A stretch of DNA of 64,000 bases from Candidatus Latescibacterota bacterium (GTDB lineage Bacteria > Latescibacterota > UBA2968 > GCA-2709665), in the NCBI GenBank assembly GCA_965248435.1, contig OZ252100.1:5120001-5184000 (forward strand). Reading direction: 5' to 3'. A model generated the notes under the pieces. The model ran no database searches, was not told where the DNA came from, and saw nothing but the letters and a program-made list of their open reading frames with translations. Shown piece by piece: positions 30,766-40,736 of the stretch; positions within the stretch are counted from its first letter, which is position 1; each line of letters opens with the position of its first letter. The position numbers were made by a program, and so were the translations under genes.

Positions 30766-30864
30766 GGTCGACCCTGGAGTGCTACGCGATCACCGGGTAA
30801 GCTTGGCAACAGCGGAGGATGAATATGATGGAATGTGGAGGGATGCAGAGAGATGGAGGGAGCG

Positions 30865-31236
30865 TCAAACTCGGCAGGCGGCAGCGTCTTCGACTGCTTG
30901 TACGATGTCCGAGAGGTCTGAGGGTTTCTCGAGGACGTGGTGAATACCCAATTCTTTGAGTTCGCCGTTGACCAGATTGTCTACGTATCCCGAAATGACG
31001 AGCACAGGGGTCGTCAGGCCTGATTCCTTGAACAGCCGGGCCACTTCCAATCCATCCAGGCCGGGCATTCGCAGGTCCAGCGTGACGAGGTCGTAATCTC
31101 CGGAGAGGGCGTCCCCGATAGCTGTCGCCAGGTAGGGGGAGCCGTCGACTTCAAAGCCGGCTCCAGACAAGATTTCCTGGAGGGTACTGCGGAAGTTTTC
31201 CTCGTCTTCGATCACCAGAATTCGTTTCGCCATCAC
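30865..31236 (-). CDS. Single-domain response regulator
   Basis: ILVIEDE, LDLRMPGLDG, ISGY, LEKP. Confidence 0.92.
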   Translation of the reverse strand: MMAKRILVIEDEENFRSTLQEILSGAGFEVDGSPYLATAIGDALSGDYDLVTLDLRMPGLDGLEVARLFKESGLTTPVLVISGYVDNLVNGELKELGIHHVLEKPSDLSDIVQAVEDAAACRV

Positions 31237-31340
31237 AGCTATCCCGCACGACGAGTGGGAGTGAATTTATTTTAAAATTACCAATTTGCAAGGACTTTTT
31301 AGTGACCCAGGTCACGTTGATGTAAGAGATCGGCAAAAAA

Positions 31341-32150
31341 ATGGGGGGCTGTGTGATGCAGATCACGCGTGGGTGGAAGAAATCACAGCTACAGGGATCC
31401 CTGGGACTGTTCTGGGGGGCGGTTCTGGATTTCGTCTACCCTCCTCACTGCCTGCTGTGCGATGCACCGCTGGCGTCTGCCCCCGGGCTCTGCCAGGGCT
31501 GTCGCGCCTGCCTGGGCACGATCGAGGGACCGCGCTGTTCGCGGTGCGGCTGCCCGACGGATTCGCGACAGCGCAGCTGCGGCAACTGTGCCGATAAGCG
31601 CTTTCGGTTCTGCAGACTGCGAACTCTCGCCTCCTTCAACCCGCAGATGCAGCGAATGATCCATCTTTTGAAATATCAGGGTAAATGTCTGGCGGGACGG
31701 GTTCTGGGAGACGCCCTCGGAAGGACACTCAGAGAAGACCCGATGCACGCCGTGATCGAGACAGTGGTTCCGGTTCCTCTGCACGCGAGCCGCGAGCGTG
31801 AAAGGGGATTCAACCAGAGTGCGATTATCGCATCGGCCGCCGATGCGCATCTGGGCCTGGGCGTGAGAGGGGATATCCTGAAGCGTGTCCGGCCGACAAA
31901 GACCCAAACGACCCTGGACCTTTCTCAGAGAGAGGCGAACGTGTCGGGCGCCTTCCGCGTCCGGAAGCCCGCGCTGGTTGAAGATCGCTCGCTGCTCCTG
32001 GTCGACGACGTGGTGACGACCGGGTCGACTTCGAACGCGTGCACGGACGCGCTTCTTGAAGCCGGGGCAAGGGAGGTCTTTGTCGCGGCAGCCGCCTGTC
32101 CCTATTTCGATGAGGGTGATTGTCCTGGCGCCTCGGACAACCGGATATAG
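31341..32150 (+). CDS. comF: ComF-family protein (Zn-ribbon + PRTase)
   Basis: CxxC pairs, PVPLH..RERGFNQS, LVDDVVTTGST. Confidence 0.92.
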   Translation: MGGCVMQITRGWKKSQLQGSLGLFWGAVLDFVYPPHCLLCDAPLASAPGLCQGCRACLGTIEGPRCSRCGCPTDSRQRSCGNCADKRFRFCRLRTLASFNPQMQRMIHLLKYQGKCLAGRVLGDALGRTLREDPMHAVIETVVPVPLHASRERERGFNQSAIIASAADAHLGLGVRGDILKRVRPTKTQTTLDLSQREANVSGAFRVRKPALVEDRSLLLVDDVVTTGSTSNACTDALLEAGAREVFVAAAACPYFDEGDCPGASDNRI

Positions 32151-32277
32151 ATCTTGACAGGCAATCCGGGATACGTATACATATACGCACGCTGCGGCAG
32201 GCGCACGACAGTTCGGGTTTGGGTTCACGCTTCGTTCCGATGTCCGCGTGCGTGGCTGACTCGCGGATGGGTCACGC

Positions 32278-33501
32278 GTGGTCTCACGAATCAGGGAGGT
32301 CGATCTGGCAAAGGTCGCGATTACGGACGTGGAGTTGAAGGATGAGCGGGTACTCGTCCGCGTGGACTTCAACGTTCCGCTGGACAGCGGGGGCGTGGCC
32401 GATGATACCCGGTTGAGGGCCGCCCTGCCGACGATCGAGTACATCGTGGAGCAGGACGGTCTGCCGGTGTTGATGTCGCACCTGGGTCGCCCCGGCGGTG
32501 AGCGTGACCCGAGGCTTTCTCTCAAGCCTGTGGCGGAGCGCCTCGAAGCGCTCGTGGGGCGGGACGTGATCCTGACGAAAGACTGCGTCGGTCCGGAGGT
32601 AGAGGCGGCCGTAAAAGGGGCGCGCAAGGGCACCGTGGTCCTTCTGGAAAACCTCAGGTTTCACGCGGAAGAGGAGAGCAACGATCCGGAGTTCGCGCGT
32701 CAGCTCGCGTTGATGGGCACGGTCTATGTGAACGACGCGTTCGGAACCGCCCATCGCGCCCACGCTTCGACAGAGGGCGTGGTCCACTATTTCGCGAACT
32801 GCGCGGCAGGGTTCCTGATGCAGAAAGAGCTGAGCTACCTGGGCGACGCGCTGGCCGATCCCAGGCCGCCGTTCGTGGCCGTGATGGGGGGCGCGAAGGT
32901 GTCTGGAAAGATCGATGTGATCCAGAACCTGATGCCGCGCGTAGACACGCTCCTGATTGGCGGCGGGATGGCGTTTACGTTCTTCGAGGCGATGGGGTTG
33001 GAGATCGGCCGGTCGCTTCTGGAGGAGGATCGAGTCGAAGTGGCCGGATACCTTCTCAAACGCGCGGAACAGGAAGAGACCGAGCTTCTGCTGCCGGTCG
33101 ACTGCGTAGCGACGACCGAAATCAAGGAAGGCGCAGCATCCCGCGTCGTTCCACGGGATCAGTTGCCGGCGGACCTCGAGGGCGTAGACATCGGTCCGGA
33201 GACGCGCGCGATCTTCTCGGACAAGATCAAGGAATGTGGGACCGCCGTCTGGAACGGCCCGATGGGTGTGTTCGAGATCGATGCTTTTGCAGAGGGAACG
33301 AAGGCCGTTGCCGCCGCGTTCGCGGACGCGACCTCACGGGGTGCGACGACGATCGTGGGTGGGGGCGAGACTGCCGCCGCCGTCGCCGAGTACGGCCTTG
33401 CCGAGAAAATGAGTCACGTTTCCACGGGCGGCGGGGCCTCGCTGGAGTTTATGGAAGGGAAGGAGCTTCCTGGAGTGGCTGCTTTGCCGGATGAGGAATG
33501 A
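32278..33501 (+). CDS. pgk: Phosphoglycerate kinase
   Basis: RVDFNVP, SHLGRP, LLENLRF, NDAFGTAHRAHAS, STGGGASLE. Confidence 0.98.
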   Translation: MVSRIREVDLAKVAITDVELKDERVLVRVDFNVPLDSGGVADDTRLRAALPTIEYIVEQDGLPVLMSHLGRPGGERDPRLSLKPVAERLEALVGRDVILTKDCVGPEVEAAVKGARKGTVVLLENLRFHAEEESNDPEFARQLALMGTVYVNDAFGTAHRAHASTEGVVHYFANCAAGFLMQKELSYLGDALADPRPPFVAVMGGAKVSGKIDVIQNLMPRVDTLLIGGGMAFTFFEAMGLEIGRSLLEEDRVEVAGYLLKRAEQEETELLLPVDCVATTEIKEGAASRVVPRDQLPADLEGVDIGPETRAIFSDKIKECGTAVWNGPMGVFEIDAFAEGTKAVAAAFADATSRGATTIVGGGETAAAVAEYGLAEKMSHVSTGGGASLEFMEGKELPGVAALPDEE

Positions 33502-33533
33502 ACGTGAATCGTGGATCGTTGGTCGTGGTTTTT

Positions 33534-33620
33534 GTAGAGACGCCCCGGTGGGGCGTCTCTATCGCGGGGTCGGGCGCCAGGGTCGGGCCGCAGCCGGTGT
33601 GTGCATCGGTCGGGGTGGGT
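33534..33620. repeat. REP/REPIN-like element between pgk and tpiA
   Basis: GTAGAGACGCCCCGGTGGGGCGTCTCTA plus flank matching 17481-17563. Confidence 0.8.
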
Positions 33621-33667
33621 TGTTCGCCCGTGCGAATTCCATAGAGCATTTATCGATAGTGAGCGTC

Positions 33668-34423
33668 ATGCGTAGACCGATCGTGGCTGGTAACTGGAAG
33701 ATGAACAAGGCGGGAGACGAGGCGGAGAGTCTCGCGAGGGAGGTCGCCTCTATCGTGGGCGATGTCGATGCCGTAGACGTCGTGATCTGCCCTCCTTTTC
33801 CTTCGCTGGAACGCGTGGCGCAGGTCCTCGAGGGAGAGCGCGTGATGCTCGGTGCGCAACACGTCCATTGGGAAGCAGAAGGCGCGTTCACAGGCGAGGT
33901 TTCGCCGGGCATGTTGTTGACTTGCGGTTGTCGTTGGGTTATATTAGGACATTCTGAACGTCGCACTCTGTTCGGCGAGACGGACGAAACCGTTAACCGC
34001 CGATTGAGGGCGACTATTTCGTCCGGGCTTTACCCGATCGTCTGCGTGGGTGAGCGCCTGGAGGAGCGAAAGTCGGGACAGACCGAAGCGAAGATCGAGG
34101 AGCAAGTCGAGGGCGCGTTTCAGGGTCTGTCCTCCGAGCAGGCCGAAGGGGTGGTGGTCGCCTACGAGCCGGTCTGGGCCATCGGGACCGGCGAAACGGC
34201 GACACCGGAACAGGCCGAAGCGGTCCATCATTTTATTCGCGAGCTTCTTGAACGGCTGTATTCATCCGAGGTTGCCGAAGCGGTTCGAATTCAGTACGGC
34301 GGTTCGGTGAAACCTGAAAATGCGGCGGACCTTTTCGCGAGGTCGGACATCGACGGCGGTTTGATCGGAGGGGCCTCACTCGAGGCCGATTCTTTCTCCG
34401 CCATCGTGAAGGCCGCCTCTTAG
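33668..34423 (+). CDS. tpiA: Triosephosphate isomerase
   Basis: AGNWKMN, GHSERR, AYEPVWAIGTG, YGGSVK, GGASL. Confidence 0.98.
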   Translation: MRRPIVAGNWKMNKAGDEAESLAREVASIVGDVDAVDVVICPPFPSLERVAQVLEGERVMLGAQHVHWEAEGAFTGEVSPGMLLTCGCRWVILGHSERRTLFGETDETVNRRLRATISSGLYPIVCVGERLEERKSGQTEAKIEEQVEGAFQGLSSEQAEGVVVAYEPVWAIGTGETATPEQAEAVHHFIRELLERLYSSEVAEAVRIQYGGSVKPENAADLFARSDIDGGLIGGASLEADSFSAIVKAAS

Positions 34424-34447
34424 TTCGACATCTTCTGGTAAGAGACT

Positions 34448-34825
34448 ATGGAAATCGTTCTGTTGATCATCCACATTCTGATTTGCATCATCCTCATCGT
34501 CTCGGTTCTTCTTCAGGCGAGCAAAGGGGGTGGGCTCGCGGGCGCGTTCGGCGGGAGCGGCGCTTCGGGTGCGATTCTCGGGAGCACGGGTTCCGCGTCG
34601 TTCTTGAGCAGGCTGACGACCTATCTTGGAGCCGTATTTTTTCTGACCTGCCTCGGGCTCTACTGGCTTTCATCCACCGATGTGCTTCCCGAGACGGCCG
34701 CGGAACAGGCAATCATGGGAGAGACAGGCCCCGTACCTCTTCAGGCGCTCCCTCAAACCGGTGGGAAAGGGTCAGCGGAAACGACAACACCCGCACCTGC
34801 CTCATCGGAGGAACAGCAGAGATAA
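34448..34825 (+). CDS. secG: Preprotein translocase subunit SecG
   Basis: VLLQ..KGGGL.GAFGG..FL.RLT; canonical tpiA-secG-tRNA-Leu order. Confidence 0.95.
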   Translation: MEIVLLIIHILICIILIVSVLLQASKGGGLAGAFGGSGASGAILGSTGSASFLSRLTTYLGAVFFLTCLGLYWLSSTDVLPETAAEQAIMGETGPVPLQALPQTGGKGSAETTTPAPASSEEQQR

Positions 34826-34842
34826 CCTGCCTGGACCTGGGT

Positions 34843-34929
34843 GCCGAAGTGGTGGAATTGGTAGACACGCTGTCTTGAGGGGGCAGTGGGGCTTGCCCCG
34901 TCGGGGTTCGAATCCCCGCTTCGGCACCA
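34843..34929 (+). tRNA. tRNA-Leu(GAG)
   Basis: GCCGAAG/CTTCGGC acceptor stem, TGGTAGAC D loop, TTGAGGG anticodon loop, long variable arm, GTTCGAATC, encoded CCA. Confidence 0.96.
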
Positions 34930-35394
34930 ATGATAGTCGCATACATTTAAGGGCACTTACGCGAGCAACAGAAAGAAAAGGCGTGGGTGCCTTTTTTGTT
35001 TCCCAAGATGCCGTCTCCATCATGTCTCCATCGGTAGGAGACGATCATATGCTGTCAGGGTTGGGGGATCTCGACGCCCTGCCAAACGGGATAGGATGTC
35101 CTATACTTGCATTTGCTTGATGATGCGGGAGGGCAACTGAGTGGGATCCTAATAGGAGGAAAGCCAAACAAAAGAAACTTGAGTAGCCAGCAAACTATTT
35201 TTAGACGATCCGCCGTAAAAGGAAGGGGAAAACTGACTAAGGTCACCCCTTCCTTATTTTTTTGCAAGGCCACAACTTTAGTAATGTTTACCGTAGGCAT
35301 CATTAGGACCATGTTTTTCGTTGATCAAGTCCATGAGAAGATCAGTCGCTTTTCTTATGCGGGAATCGATCATCATAACATCGGTCCTTTCTTA

Positions 35395-36906
35395 TCACGT
35401 AGATGTTGAATCGTGCTTCAATCCGCGGAGCAGACTGACTCCCAGGAGCAGCAATATCAGGGCGAAGGGCAGGCCGGTGGTGACGACACCGGTTTGCAAC
35501 GCCTTTAAACCCCCACCCAGCAGGAGCACGGAGGCGACGATCCCTTCCATTGAAGCCCAGAAGATGCGCTGGACCGTGGGCGGGTTGGGATAGCCGCCCG
35601 CCGTGATGATATCCACCACCAGCGAGGCGGAATCGGACGAAGTGACGAAGAAGATCGTGATGGCGACCACGGACAGAGCAGAGGTGATGGCGGCCAACGG
35701 AAATTGGTCGAGCAGCTTAAAGAGCGCTGTAGCGACATTAGCATTCACCGCCTCGACCACTCCCCCTTGCCCCGAAAGCTCCTGGAAGAGCGCCGTGTTG
35801 CCGAAGACGGTCAGCCACACAAAGGTCAGGAGTGTCGGCACCAGCAGGACACCGAGGAGAAACTCGCGGATGGTGCGCCCCTTTGAAATGCGCGCGATAA
35901 AGATGCCGACGAATGGCGCCCAGGCGATCCACCAGGCCCAGTAGAAAATGGTCCATCCGTGCTGCCACTCCGTGCCGCTATAGGCTTCGGTCCACAAACT
36001 CAAACGGGGCAGATTTGTCAAATAAGCACCCATGTTCTGCACCAGGGCGTCCAGCAGGCGCAGCGTAGGTCCGACGATAAATACGAAGGAGAGCAGCAAA
36101 AGGGCGATGATCATGTTGAGTTGGCTGAGCCGCCGGATGCCCTTGTCGAGCCCGAGGACGACCGATATCGTCGCCAGAAGTGTGATTCCCCCGATCAGGA
36201 CGACCTGCTGTGTCGAACCCTGCCCTAATTCAAAGAGGTAGTCGAGGCCGGCGTTTATCTGTTGGGCACCGAGGCCCAGGGATGTAGCCAGACCGAAGAG
36301 CGTGGCCACCGCCGCGAGGATATCGATCAGGTTGCCCAGACTACCATGAATGCGTTCGCCCAGCAGCGGATAGAACACCGAACGGATGGTCAGGGGTAGC
36401 CCGCGGTTAAACGCGAAATAAGCCAACCCCAGGGCCGTCAAACCATAGAGCGCCCAGGCGTGCACGCCCCAGTGGAAGAAGGTGATGGCCATAGAAAGCT
36501 GGGCGGCCTCGGGCGTTCGCGCTTCGCCCCAGGGCGGCGCAATAAAGTGGTGTATGGGCTCGGCGACGCTCCAGAAGACCAGGCCAATGCCCATGCCGGC
36601 GCTGAAAAGCATGGAAAACCAGCCCCAGGTGGTAAATTCGGGCCGCGCATCGGCCCCGCCCAAGCGGATCTCGCCGTAGCGGCTGAAAAGTAGATAGATG
36701 ACAATGCCCAGATAGACGTTGACCGTAGCGACGAAGAGCCAGCCGGCGCTCGATGTGATCGCGGCCTGGACTGCGGTGAAGACCGCGCTCATCTGCTCCA
36801 GGTAGAACAGACTGAAGGCGACGAAAAGGACGATCAAGCTCGTCGAAGTCCAGAATACAGTAGGGTGAATTTCCAGTTTCAGGCGATTGCGTACAGGTTT
36901 ATCCAA
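35395..36906 (-). CDS. BCCT-family betaine/choline/carnitine transporter
   Basis: WFSMLFSAGMGIG, FHWG.HAW, WT.FYWAWWIAWAPFVG.FIARISKGRT. Confidence 0.95.
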   Translation of the reverse strand: MDKPVRNRLKLEIHPTVFWTSTSLIVLFVAFSLFYLEQMSAVFTAVQAAITSSAGWLFVATVNVYLGIVIYLLFSRYGEIRLGGADARPEFTTWGWFSMLFSAGMGIGLVFWSVAEPIHHFIAPPWGEARTPEAAQLSMAITFFHWGVHAWALYGLTALGLAYFAFNRGLPLTIRSVFYPLLGERIHGSLGNLIDILAAVATLFGLATSLGLGAQQINAGLDYLFELGQGSTQQVVLIGGITLLATISVVLGLDKGIRRLSQLNMIIALLLLSFVFIVGPTLRLLDALVQNMGAYLTNLPRLSLWTEAYSGTEWQHGWTIFYWAWWIAWAPFVGIFIARISKGRTIREFLLGVLLVPTLLTFVWLTVFGNTALFQELSGQGGVVEAVNANVATALFKLLDQFPLAAITSALSVVAITIFFVTSSDSASLVVDIITAGGYPNPPTVQRIFWASMEGIVASVLLLGGGLKALQTGVVTTGLPFALILLLLGVSLLRGLKHDSTST

Positions 36907-36934
36907 GACAGGTCTCCGATCGTCCGGGTTAAAT

Positions 36935-37771
36935 TCAAGATTTGACGAAGTGCTGGACGCCCCAGGTCAGGTAGCACCGCTGGCCGCCCTCGATCCAGCG
37001 CGCCAGCCCCACTTTCATGCGATCTATATAGTCATCGCTGACGACCTCTCGCAGATGCCCTTCTTTCTTTTTGGTTTCTTCCAGCACGCGCGTGTAATGG
37101 GTGATCAAATGCGGGGTGAAATCGCGGAATCCTTCGTTGCGCCAGCCAAATTTCCGGGCCTGGTCCAGGTAAAATCCAGGCGAGCCCAGCGTCTCCAGAT
37201 GGATGCGGTCGAGGATGGGTTGCAGCACCCCCTCGGGACAGTCGTCTGCCTGCATGGGATCGGTGAGGATAAACTCTCCACTCTTCTTTAACACGCGGTC
37301 CACTTCTTCGAGCACCTGTTCGCGGTGACCACTGTGCAAGATGGCGTCCTGGGACCAGACGATATCGAAAGTGCCATCCTCACAGGGGATATCTTCGAAA
37401 CTGCCATCGACGACTTCTATGTGGTCGTCCAGCCCCGCCTCGCGGTTCATTTGTCGATGGCGTTCGTTCTCCACTTCACTCAGGTTGAGCGCGGTGACGC
37501 GACACTCGTGATTAGCAGCCAGAAAGCGCGCCGCTCCACCGAATCCAGATCCAAGATCGAGCACCTGTGCAGTGGCACTGAGATTGTCGAGCTTCGCCGC
37601 CAAATGCGCCACAGTGCGGCGGCTGGCGACGGATATAGACTCATCCGAATCGGCATACATGCCAACGTGGATATCCTCGCCTCCCCATATCAAATAGTAG
37701 AAATTATCTGCGTCCTCGCTGTCGTAATACTCTCTGGCTACATCGACGGCCGGTGAATAATCGGTGGTCAT
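36935..37771 (-). CDS. Sarcosine/dimethylglycine N-methyltransferase-like (SDMT family)
   Basis: YYDSEDADNFY..IWGGEDIHVG, LDLGSGFGG, WSQDAILHS, FILTDPMQ. Confidence 0.88.
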   Translation of the reverse strand: MTTDYSPAVDVAREYYDSEDADNFYYLIWGGEDIHVGMYADSDESISVASRRTVAHLAAKLDNLSATAQVLDLGSGFGGAARFLAANHECRVTALNLSEVENERHRQMNREAGLDDHIEVVDGSFEDIPCEDGTFDIVWSQDAILHSGHREQVLEEVDRVLKKSGEFILTDPMQADDCPEGVLQPILDRIHLETLGSPGFYLDQARKFGWRNEGFRDFTPHLITHYTRVLEETKKKEGHLREVVSDDYIDRMKVGLARWIEGGQRCYLTWGVQHFVKS

Positions 37772-38126
37772 CTTCTATCCTCCTCAAGTTTCTTGTCGGT
37801 AGGCTTTCTTGGCAATGCGACTGAAGCGAGCCAACGGCTTTATATCACGCGTTCCTCGATGAACTTCTTGAGATCTTCCCTGGGGTGCTGATGACGAAAG
37901 GGAAGCCGTCAAAAGGGTCTAAGAGGACATTCTGGAGGTAGGAATGGACTCTCCCAGCGAACGAGAAACTGGGAGAATCCACAGGTAGGCTATTATTTGA
38001 TTCCGATTGCGTGGAAATTCAGTATGGCAGGCTCATTGGAGACTCCATCCCCCGTAACGGACACCGAATTGGCCCTATGATAAGTGCATCAACAGAAATT
38101 CACAAATGAAAAGTAAACTCACCCCA

Positions 38127-38238
38127 GTTCGAATCCCCGCTTCGGCACCAGTTAAAAAACAAAGGGTTACGTCAATTGGGCGTAACCCCTTTTTATTGCC
38201 AATTGCGCCACTGCTGCCATTTTGCTACCGTTTGGATC
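38127..38238 (+). repeat. tRNA-Leu 3'-end copy (24 nt) + conserved hairpin/arm tail, unit 1
   Basis: GTTCGAATCCCCGCTTCGGCACCA, then AAGGGTTACGTC..CGTAACCCCTTTTT..TTGCGCCACTGCTGCCATTTTGCTACCGTTTGGATCA. Confidence 0.92.
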
Positions 38239-38256
38239 AATTGAGGGCTTAGGGGC

Positions 38257-38910
38257 ATGACGAAAATACCGCGTGGCGGCTTGGTAAGAACCGACAAGGG
38301 ATTGCGTTGCTGGTGGTGCCTTACGGACCCCCTCTACATTCGTTATCACGACCGTGAGTGGGGCCGACCTGTACGCGACGACACGCGGCTGTTTGAGAAA
38401 ATGTGTCTTGAGGGATTTCAGTCGGGTCTGAGTTGGCTGACGATTCTAAAGAAGCGCGAAAACTTTCGCGAGGCCTTCGATGGGTTTGACATTGAACGGG
38501 TCGCGCGATTCGGGAAACGGGACGTGACTCGACTGTTGAAAAATGCCGGTATTGTGCGTCACCGGGGCAAGATCGAATCGACCATCAACAACGCCAAACG
38601 CGCGCGCGAGTTGGTGGAAGAGGCAGGCTCTTTGGCGGCGTATTTTTGGCGTTTCGAGCCTGAAGCTTCGTCGCGTCCCAAACGGATGACGCTTGCGAAA
38701 ATCATGGCGATGACAAAGTCGCCAGAGTCGATTGCGTTGTCCAAAGATCTAAAAAAGCGTGGCTTTACCTTCGTGGGGCCCACCACGGCGTATGCCTTCA
38801 TGCAGGCGATGGGAATGGTGAATGACCATATTGAAGGGTGCGGAATTCGAGAGGAGGCGATCGCGGCGCGCACGAAGTTTCGTCGCCCGAGTTTCGTTGC
38901 CGACGATTAA
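38257..38910 (+). CDS. tag: DNA-3-methyladenine glycosylase I
   Basis: RCWW..YHD.EWG, LEGFQSGLSW, FVGPTT.YAFMQA.G.VNDH..C. Confidence 0.95.
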   Translation: MTKIPRGGLVRTDKGLRCWWCLTDPLYIRYHDREWGRPVRDDTRLFEKMCLEGFQSGLSWLTILKKRENFREAFDGFDIERVARFGKRDVTRLLKNAGIVRHRGKIESTINNAKRARELVEEAGSLAAYFWRFEPEASSRPKRMTLAKIMAMTKSPESIALSKDLKKRGFTFVGPTTAYAFMQAMGMVNDHIEGCGIREEAIAARTKFRRPSFVADD

Positions 38911-38951
38911 CCTTGTGCATAGAGGATATCCCGGAAAGAAAGGAACCCGAC

Positions 38952-40292
38952 ATGCCAAATCGCAAGACCGCTTTGATGCTGCTTGAGTTAGTTGGTTTGG
39001 CTTTTTTGGCTGTAGTTTGCAGCGATAACAAGACGTACAACGAAGCCGGGCAAAAGGCTTACGAGCAGGGCCACTACGCCGAAGCTGAAAAGCAATTTGT
39101 GGCCGCTCTCGAAGAAGCAGAAAAGGTCGGGCCTCAAGATCCTGGCCTCGCCACAAGCCTGAACAATCTGGCGGGAGTTTACAGAGCCCAGGGCAAGACT
39201 GCAGAGGCCGAGCCGCTATACAAGCGGTCACTGGCGATATTGGAAAAGGCCCTTGGGCCAGACCATCCTGTTGTGGCGGCCTCCTCGAACAATCTGGCGG
39301 GACTTTACAGAGCCCAGGGCAAGACTGCAGAGGCCGAGCCGCTATACAAGCGGTCACTGGCGATATTGGAAAAGGCCCTGGGGCCAGACCATCCTGATGT
39401 GGCGGCCTCCTTGAACAATCTGGCGGGACTTTATAGAGCCCAGGGCAAGTATGCAGAGGCCGAGCCACTATACAAGCGGTCACTGGCAATCAAGGGGAAA
39501 ACGCTTGGGCCAGACCATCCTGATGTGGCGACCTCCTTGAACAATCTGGCGGGACTTTACAGGGCCCAGGGCAAGTATGTTGAGGCCGAGCGACTAAACA
39601 AGCGGTCACTGGCGATATTGGAAAAGGCCCATGGACCAGACCACCCCTCTGTGGCGACCTCTTTGAACAATCTGGCGCTACTTTACAGAGCCCAGGGCAA
39701 GTACGCAGAGGCCGAGCCACTAAACAAGCGGTCACTGGCGATATTGGAAAAGGCCCATGGACCAGACCACCCCTCTGTAGCGACCTCCTTGAACAATCTG
39801 GCGCTGCTTTATCATGACCAGGGCAAGACTGCAGAGGCCGAGCCATTATACAAGCGGTCACTGGCGATATGGGAAAAGACCCTGGGGCCAGACCATCCTG
39901 ATGTGGCTACCTCCTTGATCAATCTGGCGGATTTTTACGGAACCCAGGGCAAGTATGCAGAGGCCGAGCGACTGAACAAGCGGGCACTGGAGATCATGGA
40001 AATGGTCCTGGGGCCAGACCATCCTGATGTGGCGATCTCCTTGAACAATCTGGCGGAACTTTACAGAGCCCGGGGCAAGTACGCAGAGGCCGAGCCACTA
40101 TACAAGCGGTCACTGGCAATACTGGAAAAGACCCTGGGACCAGACCATTCCCATGTGGCCAAAAGCCTGGAGAACTACGCTGCCCTGCTACGGAAAACGC
40201 AACGCAACTTCGAGGCGGAAGAAATGAAGGCTCGCGCAAAGGCGATCCGGGTCGAGCAAGCAATGAGAAACACATCCGTGATAAGTGAATAG
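38952..40292 (+). CDS. TPR protein with near-identical 42-aa kinesin-light-chain-type repeats
   Basis: About 8-9 repeats of GPDHP.VATSLNNLA.LY.AQGKY.EAEPLYKRSL; N-terminal hydrophobic segment. Confidence 0.92.
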   Translation: MPNRKTALMLLELVGLAFLAVVCSDNKTYNEAGQKAYEQGHYAEAEKQFVAALEEAEKVGPQDPGLATSLNNLAGVYRAQGKTAEAEPLYKRSLAILEKALGPDHPVVAASSNNLAGLYRAQGKTAEAEPLYKRSLAILEKALGPDHPDVAASLNNLAGLYRAQGKYAEAEPLYKRSLAIKGKTLGPDHPDVATSLNNLAGLYRAQGKYVEAERLNKRSLAILEKAHGPDHPSVATSLNNLALLYRAQGKYAEAEPLNKRSLAILEKAHGPDHPSVATSLNNLALLYHDQGKTAEAEPLYKRSLAIWEKTLGPDHPDVATSLINLADFYGTQGKYAEAERLNKRALEIMEMVLGPDHPDVAISLNNLAELYRARGKYAEAEPLYKRSLAILEKTLGPDHSHVAKSLENYAALLRKTQRNFEAEEMKARAKAIRVEQAMRNTSVISE

Positions 40293-40316
40293 GATAGGGG
40301 ATCGCTGGATTTGGCT

Positions 40317-40470
40317 TTGAGGGGGCAGTGTGGCACGCCCTGTCGGGGTTCGAATCCCCGCTTCGGCACCAGTTAAAAAACAAAGGGTTACGTCATCAAG
40401 ACGTAACCCCTTTTTATTGCCAATTGCGCCACTGCTGCCATTTTGCTACCGTTTGGATCACTTGATGCGA
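40317..40470 (+). repeat. tRNA-Leu 3' half (anticodon loop to CCA, variant variable arm) + conserved tail, unit 2
   Basis: TTGAGGGGGCAGTG..GTTCGAATCCCCGCTTCGGCACCA; tail nearly identical to unit 1. Confidence 0.92.
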
Positions 40471-40736
40471 ACCCAACTGCTGGGTTTTTCGCCTACAAGG
40501 GGTTTCACGAACCGGTTCGAATAGAATGTTATCGGGGGCGGAGTCTGTGTAGTTCGAAGATATACCCACTTCAGACGAGAACGTTAGTGGCCACCTGCAA
40601 AGGCAATGCTATGAACAGAGATATGGTAGAGCTAGCACAGATCGAGGATTCTTTCCGGGGGAGGTTCGAAGCCACCGTCCGGGATAGAGCGAAGCAAAAA
40701 AACGTGGTGTAACAGCTCATTAAGGAGATATCGCAA

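Noticed and set aside
29095-30822. Long antisense ORFs (e.g. 29095..30822, 9077..10318, 31389..32633, 56133..57086)
   Set aside because: Shadow frames of well-supported genes in GC-rich DNA; no recognisable motifs.
33491-33667. 59-aa N-terminal extension of TpiA
   Set aside because: It is the translated REP element; family similarity starts at ATG 33668.
37772-38120. Riboswitch (SAM, c-di-AMP or glycine) upstream of the methyltransferase
   Set aside because: A strong hairpin exists (~37946-37980) but I could not match any aptamer consensus; needs an Rfam scan.
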